DNA from: Dicyema japonicum | Lineage: Eukaryota; Animalia; Dicyemida | Assembly: GCA_011109175.1 (NCBI GenBank) | Contig: RDEW01000047.1 | Coordinates: 261,304 to 325,303, forward strand | Direction of reading: 5' to 3' | DNA: 64,000 bases | Translations under genes and position numbers: made by a program | Notes under the pieces: model-generated | The model's input: the letters and a program-made list of their open reading frames with translations, nothing else | Databases searched by the model: none | Told to the model about the DNA's origin: nothing | In this document: positions 38,132-49,324 of the stretch, piece after piece | Numbering within the stretch: the stretch's first letter is position 1 | Layout of the letters: every line of letters begins with the position of its first letter

Positions 38132-38512
38132 ATGCCAAAGGGTCGTTTTGATATCGAATCAATCCTTTATGAAGATAAAGAGAATCAACTGAAATGTGAA
38201 CAATGTGGGAAGCAATTTACCAAAAGAAACTCTCTTAATGTACACAGAAAGACACACTCTCCTTCACATTCCTGTGATATTTGTAATAAAAGATTTGCAC
38301 GAAATTATACTCTCACTTGTCACAAAAGAGTTCATACTAAAGAGAAGCCATATTCATGTAAAATATGTCGACGACCTTATTCCGACCCTTCTAACATGAA
38401 TGCCCATATGAAGACACATCTTAAAGTAAATAAATATTATTGTGGTTTGTGCAATAATTCCTTTTACAAAATGCAAGACATGGAAAATCATAAAATTAAC
38501 TGTAATGAATGA
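38132..38512 (+). CDS. Snail/Scratch-like C2H2 zinc-finger transcription factor, intronless
   Basis: Four fingers with a short first linker, HTKEKPYSC, DPSNMNAHMKTH (cf. Snail DRSNLRAHLQTH) and a terminal C2HC finger. Confidence 0.8.
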   Translation: MPKGRFDIESILYEDKENQLKCEQCGKQFTKRNSLNVHRKTHSPSHSCDICNKRFARNYTLTCHKRVHTKEKPYSCKICRRPYSDPSNMNAHMKTHLKVNKYYCGLCNNSFYKMQDMENHKINCNE

Positions 38513-38599
38513 TTTTTACTATTTTAATTAAATAATATATGATTTTAACTCTAATTTTGATTTTTATACGTTTTCATTAAAAATATATATTTATATCTT

Positions 38600-39900
38600 C
38601 CTCACCCCAATCAAAGATGATCTGCTCTCTCTTCGTTACTACTCACCGTTACTTTCGTCAATAGGGAAATTTGTCACACGGTAACGCCTTGCCATTACAG
38701 ACCCCATTTATAAAACCATGGGAAACATTACAGTGGTAAACATTTATATTCTCCCTGCCAACTTTTGTCTAAAGGACTATACCTTTTCTCTGGATGTTTT
38801 ACGTAGGAATCTTATGTACCATGCTTTAGTTAAACCAGAAGAAATCTCTTTTTCTCAATACTGGAAAACATTATTTTTAACGATTACCGGACGAATACAA
38901 GAACTTCTTATAGAGATGATGACAATACGACCTCGACATATCTTACCCTTAACTCCCTAATATCACCTCATTTTCCAGTAAGTCTGTGGTTTACGATTTT
39001 CGGAGTGACCACAATCCTACTCTCATTCATATGAAGGGCTCGTTCACTTTTGAAAAGAAACGAATCAATTTTCTGGATTATAAAAACTTAAAAATTCGCA
39101 GTCTGTGGATAATATCTTAAAGACCTTCAGCAGAACCTTTGTTTCTCTTGATAATGACATTTTCTTGGTTCCTGAAGAACCGTCTGAAAATATCACCAGG
39201 AAAGTCACATGTAATGACGTTTACCTCAGCACGAAAAGATATACGGGCAACACCACAAATAACATTATATGACTCCCCGCTTCCCATTATGAAGACGCTT
39301 TTAATCCTTGTAGTCATCCTGGATCCTCACCTCACATTTAATCATCAAGTGGACCTATCCAAAAGAAAATTGAAATTCTCAAGGCTTTTACTCACTTTCC
39401 AATATCTCCCCGCCCATCGTTAGAACTTCTATAAAAACAATTTGTTCTAGTTCTACCTAGTATCGAGTACGCCTGTGCTGCATGGATTGCCTCGTTATCA
39501 CTATCGGCACAGAGCAAGCTGGAAGTTTTACAAAATCGATGTTTCGGAATACTACTGAGATCGTCGAAAAAGACGTCCACCTCGTTACTACGGAGAACAC
39601 TAAACGTCCATTACAATCATGGAATACCTTGCGGAATGTCACCGGAACTTCCTCAAGATGGAAAAGTCCCCTGACTATCCCATCGGCCGGACATCAAACT
39701 ATATATGGACGCCTGCCCGAGATATGGCAAATATCTAGTTATTTCATAAAAAATACAAGGAATTCCTCCTGTCTTCGTTAAAACCAAGATGTTCTCATGA
39801 CCAGATTGCTCCTCTCCTAAAAAGATAGAAACTGCTATTAAAACTAAAAAACAAACATACACCAATGGACCAGATGATATACTAATAATTGTGTCCAAAA
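38600..39900 (+). mobile_element. Decayed Vingi-like LINE
   Basis: NIYILP, SDHNP, LDPHLTFNHQV, LPSIEYA. Confidence 0.65.
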
Positions 39901-40049
39901 AGTTGGGGCCCTCATTGCTTTGACTAAAATTGACTCATATCCACACAATACTGAAACCAAAGAAACCAAAAGAATCTCTTTCTTCATTAATATCTCTTTT
40001 ATAAGTATTGTCAAAATCCTTTAAAAGTGGTCCTGGATAAGAATCATCC

Positions 40050-41390
40050 ATTATTTATCATCTACCTGGAGGCAGCTTTAAGAGATCTAAGAGAACAAAT
40101 TGGATGTCCGGACAACCACTTTATGGAACTCATTTACGCGGATGATGTCGATTTCGTCGCGGAAGATCTTGAATTTATAGACGTTATTATGGAGAAAGCG
40201 AAAACAATTTTGAATAAATGGTCCCTCAAAGTCAATGAAGACAAAACTGAAATAACCACTGTTGAAAGAACGCCAAACCGCGTTGAGGAGAAGTGGAGGA
40301 ACATCCTAAAATTCGGATCGTTACTTAGCGATTCAGAAGATATCTCACGACGAAAGATATTGGCCACATTGTTACTAAGGCACTTTTACGAGAGCCATAA
40401 TGTTTATAGCCTGCGCAACACTCATAGAAACAGTTAATCTCTTCCATCTTCCTCTGTCGAATGCTAGTGATCTCAATTCGTCCAGGTCGCCCCGTTTTTA
40501 GATTTTTTCCCACACGATTTAGATTTTTGTTTAAGGCAGTCGGAAGGCTCTAGGTAAATTTACCGGCGATGAATTTACCGGTTACCCAGTCGGAAGTGTC
40601 GACCTAGGTCGTCCGCGGAATAGCTTGTCGCAACTGTCAAAGTAATCTTACATCGCTTTGTTAGCGGGTGCGTCCGGGTTCATTATTAATACATGCCCAA
40701 ATAGCCTCCACTGGGCATCTATCATATCTATGTTGATGTACGAACACATACACTTGTTATAAATACCAGTGGTTGAGATTCTACGATATTGGCCACAATA
40801 GCACTTAAAAAATTACAATCCATTCTGATGAGAATCAAATTCCTAATAAGAAGCGATTACACTTATATAATGGATTTGTCCGACCAGTCCTCATGTATAA
40901 CGCAGGTACTTAAGGAACATCAAAGAAAGACATGGAACAATTTGACTCTATTCAAAGAGGCCAACTAAGAAAACTTTTTGGATACTCTTGGCCATAGAAA
41001 ATCTCAAACAATAAATTATACAGACTGACTGATTGTGGACCAATAAGTCTGAACGTACTTGAAGCCCGTTGGCACCTTTTTGGACATATTCTATGGATAT
41101 ATAAAAAAAACACCATACAATCCCACCATGGAAGAATTTTTCCGGCCATACTGTATTTTCTACATTCAGAGGATGTCCAAGAAGTTGTCTTCCCAGGACA
41201 CTTGCGAAGGATTATGTTATGATCGGGGGCCGACTGATGGATGCAGACGATCTGGAGGAAATCAGAAGGCGAGCAAGACAACGAAAGGGACGGAGAAGAC
41301 TCACGGAATGGACAGTCGAAAAACATGGCACAAGCGAAATCATAAACAGTGTTTATTGGTAACGCGGATGTGCTTTAACTAACTAACTAA
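40050..41390 (+). mobile_element. RTE-clade LINE with a nested antisense RTE 3' fragment (40369-40784)
   Basis: IYLEAAL..YADDVDF..WSLKVNEDKTE, RWHLFGHIL, (TAAC)3 tail. Insert is flanked by 13-bp TSD gatattggccaca. Confidence 0.88.
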
Positions 41391-41589
41391 AGGGAAAGGT
41401 GGATAAAAAAAGATTAGAAACCCCTGCTGTATACAATCAGATTTCCCAGTGAGGTATGTTACTCGTCAAATTGAGAAGCATTGTAGATGCGCGAAACTAT
41501 CAATCGAAATATACAATAGCAATATTAGAACCCGGAACCATTTAGATTTTGTCACATATGACACTGCCGACAGAAGAGGTCTGAAATTA

Positions 41590-42161
41590 TTATTATTTAA
41601 CCCCGAAAAAGGGAACACCAGGAAATAAGTTGAACAATCTAATTAAGTGATCTCGGTAGACGTCAACAAAATCAGAGCTTTTATCTGTGCTCCTCCATAG
41701 TACCATTTTCTGAATCCGCGACATTTTTTTCTCATGAGAATTTGGAGAGGCGTGGACTTTTTTTCCAAATTTACGTGTACCGGCTTCTATTGCTGATTGG
41801 TAGAATCTACCGAACTCCGCACTGCAGATAGTGATGAAGTCGAAGCAATTATTCCGGATTGCCGTGATGTCGAGTAAAGAAATAGCCGAGCAGACAAATT
41901 GGTTATGTGGACCATTTTTTCTTTTAGGGAATTTATATTGTATAAGTTTTAAATTGAAATTCCCTAAGTCCAGGAGACACAGCCATACTCCAACACTGGT
42001 ATCAAGAGTTGATAGTATAAGACGGCAGCACATTCCTGTGATGGTTGGGTCCCGGGTTTAGAAGGTTTGAAGTTGAGTTTTCGGAGGCCTCGTGCCAGAA
42101 TGTCCTTAACATGTTCGGAGAAAGATAATCCCAAAATTGTCATAAATGGTACAAGAATCAT
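41590..42161 (-). mobile_element. Vingi-like LINE 3' fragment
   Basis: LSFSEHVKDIL..LIPVLEYG and ends RDHLI. Same family as 27300-27860. Confidence 0.75.
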
Positions 42162-42230
42162 AAAATAATAAAGTTTGGTTATTAATATAAATAATATAAA
42201 TAAAAAAAATTTAATTATTAATTTAATTTA

Positions 42231-42598
42231 ATGGGTGACGATAGCTTTACTTCTATTTTATATGAACTTAGTAGAAACTATAAAAGAGATACTCCAAAGT
42301 CAACTAAGCTCATTGATGCTTACTTATGTTTTACTGTTCTCAGTGCTCTTGTCATTTTTATTTATGGAATAGTTTTTGGTGTTTTTCCATTCAATTCCTT
42401 TCTCTCAGCCTTTATTTCGTGTGTGGGTTCCTTCGTCTTTGCCGGTATTTTGCATAATTACCATTAGTCTCTCTTCGCATTCAAACAAATCCCTCTAATA
42501 AGAAACTTTTTGACAATCTTATTCCAGAAAGAGCTTTAGGAGACTTTTTATTTGCTCACGTGGTACTACATTTAGTAGTAATGAATTACATTGGATAG
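42231..42598 (+). CDS. DAD1: Oligosaccharyltransferase subunit DAD1/OST2, 2 exons
   Basis: [34 protein letters not shown]|[33 protein letters not shown]. One 23-nt intron. Confidence 0.96.
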
Positions 42599-43905
42599 TT
42601 TGTCTTTCTAATAAATGGTATTCTATTCTATACATTCCCTTTAAATAAATCAATTAGCTTATAGTCTAAGTGCTCCCAGGTCATCCTCCAGTGCTTCTCT
42701 CAATCGGCATGTTGCTAGGTCATATTTTGGGGAAGGTTTCAAGGTATCTGAGATGTATGTAGAAAACTGTTTTGAAAGTTGAACATGAAACTTGTAATTA
42801 ATTTCATGCAACTGTGGATTACTCCTTCGCGTATTCCGTTTAGAAAGTTAGAGAGTTATAGTTCTTTTTGTGAGTATTTTCCGTGGAACTGAATCAAATA
42901 ACTTTGTTCTCAAATCTTTTGCAGAATATGAGGGAATTTAAAAATATACAAGACTGTGTGTCTACGAATGCGATCCAAAGATTTGGATTGAACAAATTTC
43001 TTAGTCATCTTCCACCGGGAATCGATATCAGTGAATCTTCTTTTCCTCTTGATATTCTGATAAACCTGAAACCCCTCCACTGCGGTAATCACGTTGGTCT
43101 CAACGCCTACCTGTACAAGACAGGGAGGACAAAGTCGCCACTCTGCCCTTCATGTAACCTCGATGACCACGGACAGTCCTGGCCCGCCTTTGGATCAAAT
43201 TTTTTGATGTCACATCTATCATTGGTAGCTACGTTTTTGTTAACCACCAGTTTCCTTCACTTGAGTACTATACTTATTTGAATTTTTCTATAAAATGGTT
43301 TTCGTGGTGATCGATATATTGATGACGAGAGCTGTTAGCTCTATTATCTAAGGATAGTTGTTATTCATGATGATGGAATCCGGACCACTGGTTTTTCAGT
43401 TGAAATTGCTCACGTTCGCCATGTCAGGTAAAAATGTAAACTTTTCGGTTTAAAGTTCTCTAAGATAGACTTTGTCCTGATAAATTTATTGTATAATAAA
43501 AAAGAACAATATTTGATTGGAGAATTTGGTTGAGCGTAGATTTTATTGTATGATTAGATGGTAGATCTTTTAATCGATCTTCATATATGAGGTTTAAATG
43601 AGGACGGATTTATCAACCATTTTACGTTATTGAAATAATTGGTAATCTCCCTTTTGAGTGGGATTATTTCAGTTATACATATTAGAGAGTTTATTCAAAC
43701 TATTATCTTAGTATTGCATGGACTAGGAAGGAATAGATTCCCTGCCTCATAGATAATATTGTGAAGGTCGAACAGAGTATTGTTATAGCGCAGCCCACTG
43801 GGTTAAAGAGGTTAGAAGATATGTGGTATAGTGGACTGTTTATAAATTGTTAGTAGTCTTTATTCGATAAAGTTAATATATTAAACTATTAATTACCATC
43901 TAAAA

Positions 43906-44439
43906 TTATATTAAATCATACGTTATTCCATTCCTTCTGTAAAACGTCTCCCTAACAATATTACCACGTGCATATTCAGGAGATTTAATAGAAGATGTGT
44001 CACAGTACTCATTGAGCTTCCATCCATAAGTCCATGAACTCAGTATTGGGTATTCATATTTCTCTTCTGGTGCTTTTAAATTCCTATTCTTTAAGTAATT
44101 TATTCGAGAATGCTGTCCTTTATAAATCAACTTAGTTTCCTCAGTGTTTGGAGATTTCATGTAAGAAGTTAATTTTTCAGCCATTTTTTGGATAGTTTCC
44201 TGACTTTGTTGGGATTTGTTTTCAATTTCCTTTTGTTTTATTCCCTTAATGATTTCATCCCTTTCTTGAAATTCAATGTCATTATTGGCTAATTTTTGTT
44301 TAAAAACTTGAAATTGTTTTGATTTAGTATCACTTTCATTTGTTGAATAAAACGCTAAACGTGCATCTCTTTCTCTATCAATCAGTTCTGTCCATATTTT
44401 CTGTTCAGCAACACTCACTGGATAACTACGTCCACTCAT
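43906..44439 (-). CDS. SPMIP1: Sperm microtubule inner protein 1-like (ATP6V1FNB)
   Basis: QKIWTELIDRE N-terminal motif. YLKNRNLKAPEEKYEYPILSSWTYGW..PEYAR..VRETFYR C-terminal block. Intact 177-aa ORF. Confidence 0.78.
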   Translation of the reverse strand: MSGRSYPVSVAEQKIWTELIDRERDARLAFYSTNESDTKSKQFQVFKQKLANNDIEFQERDEIIKGIKQKEIENKSQQSQETIQKMAEKLTSYMKSPNTEETKLIYKGQHSRINYLKNRNLKAPEEKYEYPILSSWTYGWKLNEYCDTSSIKSPEYARGNIVRETFYRRNGITYDLI

Positions 44440-44677
44440 TACTTCTCTTGGATACTATTTTATTTAAATTATTTAAATTTTCTATTAACAAAATTTACTT
44501 GAGTTACGGATTAATGGATCTTTAAAGGGAAAGGTTCCCCATCCTCCCTAAGAACCTACTAGATTCAACAAGTGGTTGTGTGGGAAAAACATGCCACTTT
44601 GGATTTGTTAAAAATATCGTTGACGTAAAAATTCGATTAAAATATATAAATATTAAAAACGTAAAAATATAATAAAA
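44440..44677. promoter_or_regulatory. Bidirectional promoter region between SPMIP1-like and FERD3L-like genes
   Basis: 238 bp between divergent ATGs. Contains TGTGGGAA (44579-44586) and TTGACGTAA (about 44620). Confidence 0.55.
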
Positions 44678-45148
44678 ATGGAGCAGTACGGTTGGAATGA
44701 TTATGGATCTCAAAATGATTTTCAATATGAAGATTCAAAGATGTATATTCCCCCAGAACTGATTGAGAGTGATCAGTCTGCATTTTATTACCCCCAAGAT
44801 AGTGAATGTGGACAAATGAAGGAATATTACAACAAATGTTATTACCCTCCTAACGAAGAGAAAAAGTCAACATTCGGACTCGATTGTTTTGTTGACAAAA
44901 AGAAACCAAAAAGAAAAAGAATTCAAAGCTTACATCAACGAAAAGCAGCAAATTTAAGAGAAAGAAAACGAATGACCAATTTAAACAAGGCATTTGATCA
45001 GTTAAGAGATTTAATTCCTAAATTTTCATATGAAAAAAAATTGTCAAGGATTGAAACTCTGAGATTGTCAATATTTCATATTATAATTCTTCATAAAATA
45101 TTAACTGATGAGAGACTCCCTATAAATCTTGATGACATTCGTTTGTAA
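44678..45148 (+). CDS. FERD3L: bHLH transcription factor, Fer3/FERD3L (PTFb/N-Twist) family
   Basis: [49 protein letters not shown]. Confidence 0.85.
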   Translation: MEQYGWNDYGSQNDFQYEDSKMYIPPELIESDQSAFYYPQDSECGQMKEYYNKCYYPPNEEKKSTFGLDCFVDKKKPKRKRIQSLHQRKAANLRERKRMTNLNKAFDQLRDLIPKFSYEKKLSRIETLRLSIFHIIILHKILTDERLPINLDDIRL

Positions 45149-45494
45149 TGATTTTGGTCACATATGCTGTTCAAAAACTGCTGTTACATTAATTAAGTTT
45201 TATTTTCATAGGCTCAGTGGGGAGGTAAATTGTCTCCTATTAAGCATTATATTGTTTTTTACAATCAATATCAAATTTTTAAAACTTATCGATTCATACT
45301 CACTGTTTAATGGTCACTTAAGAGACATGACAGAGGTCACTATATATATCCCCTCACCACACCCTTTTCCATCAAATACCCCTGCCAACAAGCTGGTTAA
45401 AGACAGTGAACTCTCCATCAGAAATATATTTTTCATGTTTATCACTATACTCTCCAGAGTTAGTACAACTGATTGAATGCCATTAGATTAACAG

Positions 45495-47570
45495 CTCCAC
45501 CCAAAAAATGTAAAGTGGCTCACCTAGAACGTGGTGTATTTAGAAAAAAAATACATACTCTCTATATCTCTACAGGATGGACCTGCAAGGAATTCTTTCC
45601 CAGTGCGGAGATGTCGAAGCTAATCCTTATCCGTTAATCATCATCCAGCTGAGAATAAACAGTATCAAAAACAAAATCATCGAACTGCACAATTGGATAT
45701 CTTACGACACAGGAGACCAAACTACGAAATGGAAACACAGAAACAGGCTAATCAGTGCTAACCGAAGTGGAAACATAGTTGAGGACTTTTCACGATCATA
45801 CGAAATGGGATCCGCTATGAGGGCATCACCAACAGTATCTCTAACTTAGGATATCTTGAACTCCAGGCAACAAAAATAAAACTACCTCGTATCCGTCTGA
45901 CACTGATAAACACCTACTACCTATGCTCCAGCCAGATATTTCACTCTTGTCTCCATCAATAACGTCCTCATTTGTAGAGATCTAGCTGCGAAACATGGCT
46001 GAAAGACCAGACCTAAAACAAGAAAAGAAATATGCTAATCCAGGACCTGGGTGATCTCCAACTCGACAAAATGATAAACCATAATTCTTCAATTTTTTAT
46101 TCAGACTTCCCTCTTTGTCCCAGTTTATCACTTGGTCTGTTAAATATGAGCGACTACAACCGATACTTCTAGAGATATATAAAATCGGTATCTAAGGACA
46201 AACCCAAACAATCGTCAACTTAATAAACTGGACAGATTTTAATAAGTACATCGATACTTGCATTGGACTCTTGAATTTTCCCACCCCTCCGTACGTCAAA
46301 AAATTAATGAAATGGTTCAACTCCATAGTTAAATCTACGAAAAAAAGATACATTCCAATGGGCAGGAAACCTGCGTCATTAAAACGTTTCGACATAACGA
46401 CGAAACGTTTGATCAGCGAACGAAATAAAGAAGATGAAATCGCCAACGGAAGATAACATCAGAAAAATGTGAGAACTGATGAGAGAGGTCAACTAAAATA
46501 ATAAAGCCGAACATGCAAATTGGTGGACGAGACTATCTAGGGCTCTCTGCAAGAACCTCTTAATACAAAGAGTCTGGAAGTAGATTATGTCCATCAGAAG
46601 ATAAACTCAGAGACTAAGTCTACAGTCAGTCCGACGTTAATTGGTAAGATTTTGCTCAATAAGTGGACATAAACTTATCAGATTTCGATGAGTACGTTTT
46701 AATTCACTCGATAATACAGTTTCCCATGTTAAAAGAAAAATCAAGAAGGCAATGGAGGTATTTATAAGAGAAAGATCAATCAAATGTGACATCTTAAATG
46801 TTTTGACCACTAAACAAAGAAATTTATGACGAGCGTTTCAAAGACATCCAAAAATCAGCCTCAGAAATTAGATAAAGAATCTAAGTGCTGGATGCGAGAT
46901 AAAGATCTTAAAAAAAAGGAAGTAGGAGAATGGATAACATCACCTCCGCGTTTAACAAGATGTCCTTGTCATTTATGTGGAACACTCTCTCAAAGATCAA
47001 AAACCCTGAGAAGAGAAACAGTCCTGAATTCAGAAAAAAAACTCGATTGAATGATGAAGTTCTAGAATCAGAACAGCTTACCTCATAAAAAGTACGAGGG
47101 TCCTCCCTTGTCATTGATAAAGCCAAGATGTGGTCATACCATCCTCACTAGTGGAGGTCGAAAATGCCATTACCAAACAAAATTCCTCAAAAAGCTTGGG
47201 CCAGAAAACTCACAGCACCAACAGAGATATACAACATATCCATAGAAACAAAATTCCAACAATGTGGAAGTTGGCCCACATCCACTCGGTTCAGAAACCT
47301 GGAAAACCAAAAGAGTCCCCTTCTTCTTATAGAACAATATCCGATATGTCAAAAATTCTTGAAAAAAATGGTCTTGGATTGCATCTTCCCTTATTTACAT
47401 AAATAATCATACCGTTTAAGAAAAATCTATCTACAATTACAAACCCTCACAAACTTTAGACTTAAGTCAAAGGCTAGGCCCTTAAAACTTTATTGTGCTC
47501 GATTGACATCCGCAGGGATTTTGACTCGGTTCCCAGAAAAATCTTAAAAGGAATATCTACTGTTCAGAAA
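45495..47570 (+). mobile_element. Decayed Vingi-like LINE with 2A-like N-terminus
   Basis: LSQCGDVEANPYP followed by IIQL.IN APE start. Later IPTMWKLAHI..KPGKP..SSYR.IS. Confidence 0.75.
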
Positions 47571-47579
47571 TCTCCAGCA

Positions 47580-47840
47580 TTTTCAAAAGATGGTTTGGGA
47601 ACAGATTAAAAACTTAACAAAATTCTGCCAATTCGTCTCGATATTCCACTCGGTTCTGACAAAAATTCGATAACCTTTGCTTATGCCGATGACATAGTTT
47701 ATGCTTGCAAGGATATACAATATTATTATTATCAAATCCTCTATTTTCCGTTTTTCTTTTAAGCCTCTAACGCTGAATGACTTCAAAGTAAACAGATTAT
47801 TCGACAATTTTTTAAGAACCACGTCACCAGTTCAACCAGA
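47580..47840 (-). mobile_element. RTE 5' fragment (APE start)
   Basis: 5' motif at 47821-47838, then FTLKSFSVRGLK. Confidence 0.55.
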
Positions 47841-48014
47841 TATACAATGAGGCAAATGAGTAATAGCAACTCTTACATAAATTCAAAATTTATAATTTTT
47901 AACAAAATATAACATATTTACATGACTGTTATCTATCAAAGTTTATAGTTTTTTAATTATTCATTATTTTTTATCGAAGTGAATCGCAATTTTTAATGGA
48001 ATCTTGATTTTTCA

Positions 48015-48600
48015 GTGGAAAAAGGTCATGGCAACATTCTTGTTTGTAACCATCGATGCGGAGACCAGATCGACTGTTTGGGGATACACTCTCTTTCCTG
48101 CATGAAAAGTGCAGGCAGATTTCCTAGACACATGGCCTTGAACGAAGTCGCTAGACGAGCTATGGACGCCATCGGACACCCCTCCATTCTCGAAACAGTC
48201 GGTCTTTGCATGGCGGGATGGGAAACGACCAGATGTGATGACAATTTTCCTTTTTTAAGCCGGGAAATCTCTTATCTGGGACGTTACCTGCACCGACACG
48301 TTTTCTACTTGCAACCTACTCCAGAGTGCCTCTGGAGCCTGTTCTAACGCTGAGAAGGCCGATAAGATGAAACGGGAAAAGTACGCAGGTCCTACCCAAA
48401 GATTTTTTGTTCGCTCCACTCGCCTTTGAGACGTCCGGTTCCCTTGCGCCTGCGACGCTGGAATTCTCGAGTCGTCTAGGGAATCGGTTCGCTACACAAA
48501 CATGAGAGCCTCGTGAGCGCTGATGGATATTTGAGAGAAACTCGCTCGCCATCCTGAGAGGGAATAGCCACGCAGTCAGGGCAGCCGCTATATAACCGTT
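48015..48600 (+). mobile_element. CRE-like RLE domain fragment
   Basis: [43 protein letters not shown]. Confidence 0.8.
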
Positions 48601-49324
48601 TACTCTCTTTTCTTTCCTTAATAAAATTTATTATTTATTTTGGTAAATTAATTATTCATATTAATTTACATGATTACAATTCCTATTTATTTCATATGTA
48701 TCAGAGTAATAATGCCAGAATTTACGAGAACATTTTATTTATTTATTTTAATAACCCCGGGAACACCGAGAAAGAAAGACAAAAGAGTCAAACAGTTAAG
48801 TGATCCCAGTCCTCGCAATCAATTGTGCCATTCGACGTCTGATCTTCCATTGTCCCCACTACTTTCCGGAAGAGCCTTCTCTCGGTCTTGCAGAGGAATC
48901 CGATCGGGGAGGGGAATTTCTTATCCAATCGCTTTTCTCTTGCCATGGAAAGGATCAGGCGAAGCGGGTTTCCATCTTCCTCACAGACGCGAAGAAATCC
49001 GGAGCCACGACTAAGGATCTTAGCTTCCATGAGTAGTGGGTCGACTGTTGATCCATTACGTGGGCAAACATACTGATTGTTTTCTGGTGTATTGAGTTGA
49101 CTCTTTGGACCATAGACTCCGATAGCGCGAATCTCCATGCAACGGAGGCATACTCAACGGCTGGCGCGATTGTTTGTTGGNACTCTCTTTTCTTTCCTTA
49201 ATAAAATTTATTATTTATTTTGGTAAATTAATTATTTATATTAATTTACATGATTACAATTCCTATTTATTTCATATGTATCAGAGTAATAATGTCAGAA
49301 TTTACGAGAACATTTTATTTATTT

